A model generated the notes under the pieces. It made no database searches. It was given only the letters and a program-made list of their open reading frames with translations, and was not told where the DNA came from. From Gekko japonicus (lineage: Eukaryota): a stretch of DNA of 64,000 nucleotides. The stretch is from assembly GCF_001447785.1 (NCBI RefSeq), contig NW_015160220.1, forward strand, positions 429,333 through 493,332, in the 5' to 3' direction. The position numbers and the translations under genes were made by a program. Below are positions 62,650-64,000 of this stretch, piece by piece. Every line of letters starts with the position of its first letter. Position 1 is the stretch's first letter.

Positions 62650-64000
62650 CTGAAAGAGACACAAAGAAAGAAACCGCATCTTAGAGAAGGCAGAAAAATG
62701 AAGGATAGATTATTATTATATAATTGCAGGCCTGATGGATGCAGGGAGACCCACACTAAATGAACCATTTTTGCACTGTTAAACAAGAATAAGTCAGGTG
62801 AATGTCTCTGTTTCAGGCTTACTTGCAGAGCACAACTAAAACACCTGATTTTGCTTTCTACATAGCACATTTGCCTGTGCCTGAGCTACACAAAAGCCAC
62901 ATTTGACATAAATTGGTATATAAGTGTACTTAATAATGAAGGTAAACATCACCTGTACACAAATGGAACACTCATAATGGTTGAGTTTTGAGAATATCAA
63001 GCCACATGGCTGTTTTCTTATGCTGTGTTTATCTATTACCCTTTTCCTCTCGACCCCCCCCCCGTCTTCTTCAGTGGCTCAGCCACATCACTATTGCTTT
63101 ACTAATCTAACATTATTTATATTGAAATAAAATATGAGAATCCTTGCTACACACATATTGTCACTTTTTCATAGTAAAATATACGTTTGGTAAGTTTACA
63201 TCCTAATGTCATCACTCTCAGGTTTATTGTGTTTGAAATAGTCTGTAACATGACAATATATTTAAGTGATCAAATAGGGTAATCAGAGCAATTGTGGGAT
63301 TTGTATTAAAAAACAGATGGCATCCACATGAATATAAAATGGATTCACTATGACAATTAGCAAGTAAAACACTAAAAGCCATAATACACTTGGCTAAAAT
63401 AAATAAATAAATGCCATAGGTCTCTTTCCTGATGAGAAACCATATGAAATATGAACCACATAAGATCATGAAACCTTATCTTTATTTCAAGCCATGCTAG
63501 CATTTCTGTGTTAATCATTCAGTGTTTCTGTATTTTTAAAAAATCCTGTGCTACTAAAGGTATTCAACTATTTGGAGAGTTTTTACAACAGAAATAGTAA
63601 CAGAAATAGAAGCCGGTCGGGATACTTTTTATTATTTCCAAATTACTAATTAATCCAAACTGTGTTTTGCATCATGTAGCTATAAATATATCCCCATTTT
63701 CAAAGTCTATATAAAGATACAACTGAGCAAAATCCAAATAATTAGCAACCACTTTTCAAGTTACATAGAGTGCCATTACAAAGGTCCTGTGAATAGGGAT
63801 GTGCAGTATGAAATTCCTGAGCCAAAGTAGAGAGAAGTGCAGCTGCACAGAGTCACCTACTTGGAAGTCTGTAAAACCAGACCTCTTTGTTCAATCTGCT
63901 TGAAATTTAGGGGATCATAAGAGGAAGGACTGTGTTCTGTGAAAATTTGTTGCCATTATCTTCATAAACATCTGCAATGGTCCTATAAAAACCAACTCTT
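62650..64000 (-). other. ARSJ: 3' end of the ARSJ intron
   Basis: Polypyrimidine tract and AG just upstream of the exon. Confidence 0.88.

Noticed and set aside
62650-62870. N-terminal ~74 aa of the 536-aa ORF
   Set aside because: Intronic read-through upstream of the splice acceptor. Sulfatase similarity starts at YQIHTG.

Overview
Vertebrate genomic DNA, almost certainly a squamate and probably a gecko (Sauria SINEs, Squam3-type SINEs, BovB, abundant hAT MITEs), from a gapped draft assembly. It spans the conserved ARSJ-CAMK2D gene pair, both on the minus strand. The large last coding exon of arylsulfatase J is at 62649-61260. The CpG-island promoter, first coding exon (4076-4012) and start of intron 1 of CAMK2D are at the left end. 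The ~56 kb between them is mostly transposon-derived: L1, L2, CR1 and RTE/BovB fragments, tRNA- and 5S-derived SINEs, hAT and Harbinger-like MITEs with visible TSDs, solo LTRs, non-autonomous Helitrons and Penelope-like (PLE) fragments. The most notable observations are: (1) at least seven minimal hammerhead-ribozyme motifs from several PLE-type families, one with a fully intact core; (2) Helitrons built from captured MITE pieces; (3) a Gypsy-type solo LTR carrying an acidic/Arg-rich ORF; (4) a head-to-tail hAT dimer with three copies of one TSD, inside a three-level nest; (5) two apparent templated micro-insertions copied from sequence 1-3 kb away, one from the ARSJ exon; (6) several tandem duplications that may be assembly artefacts. 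Repeat family names come from recalled consensus features, not database searches, and many element boundaries are approximate.
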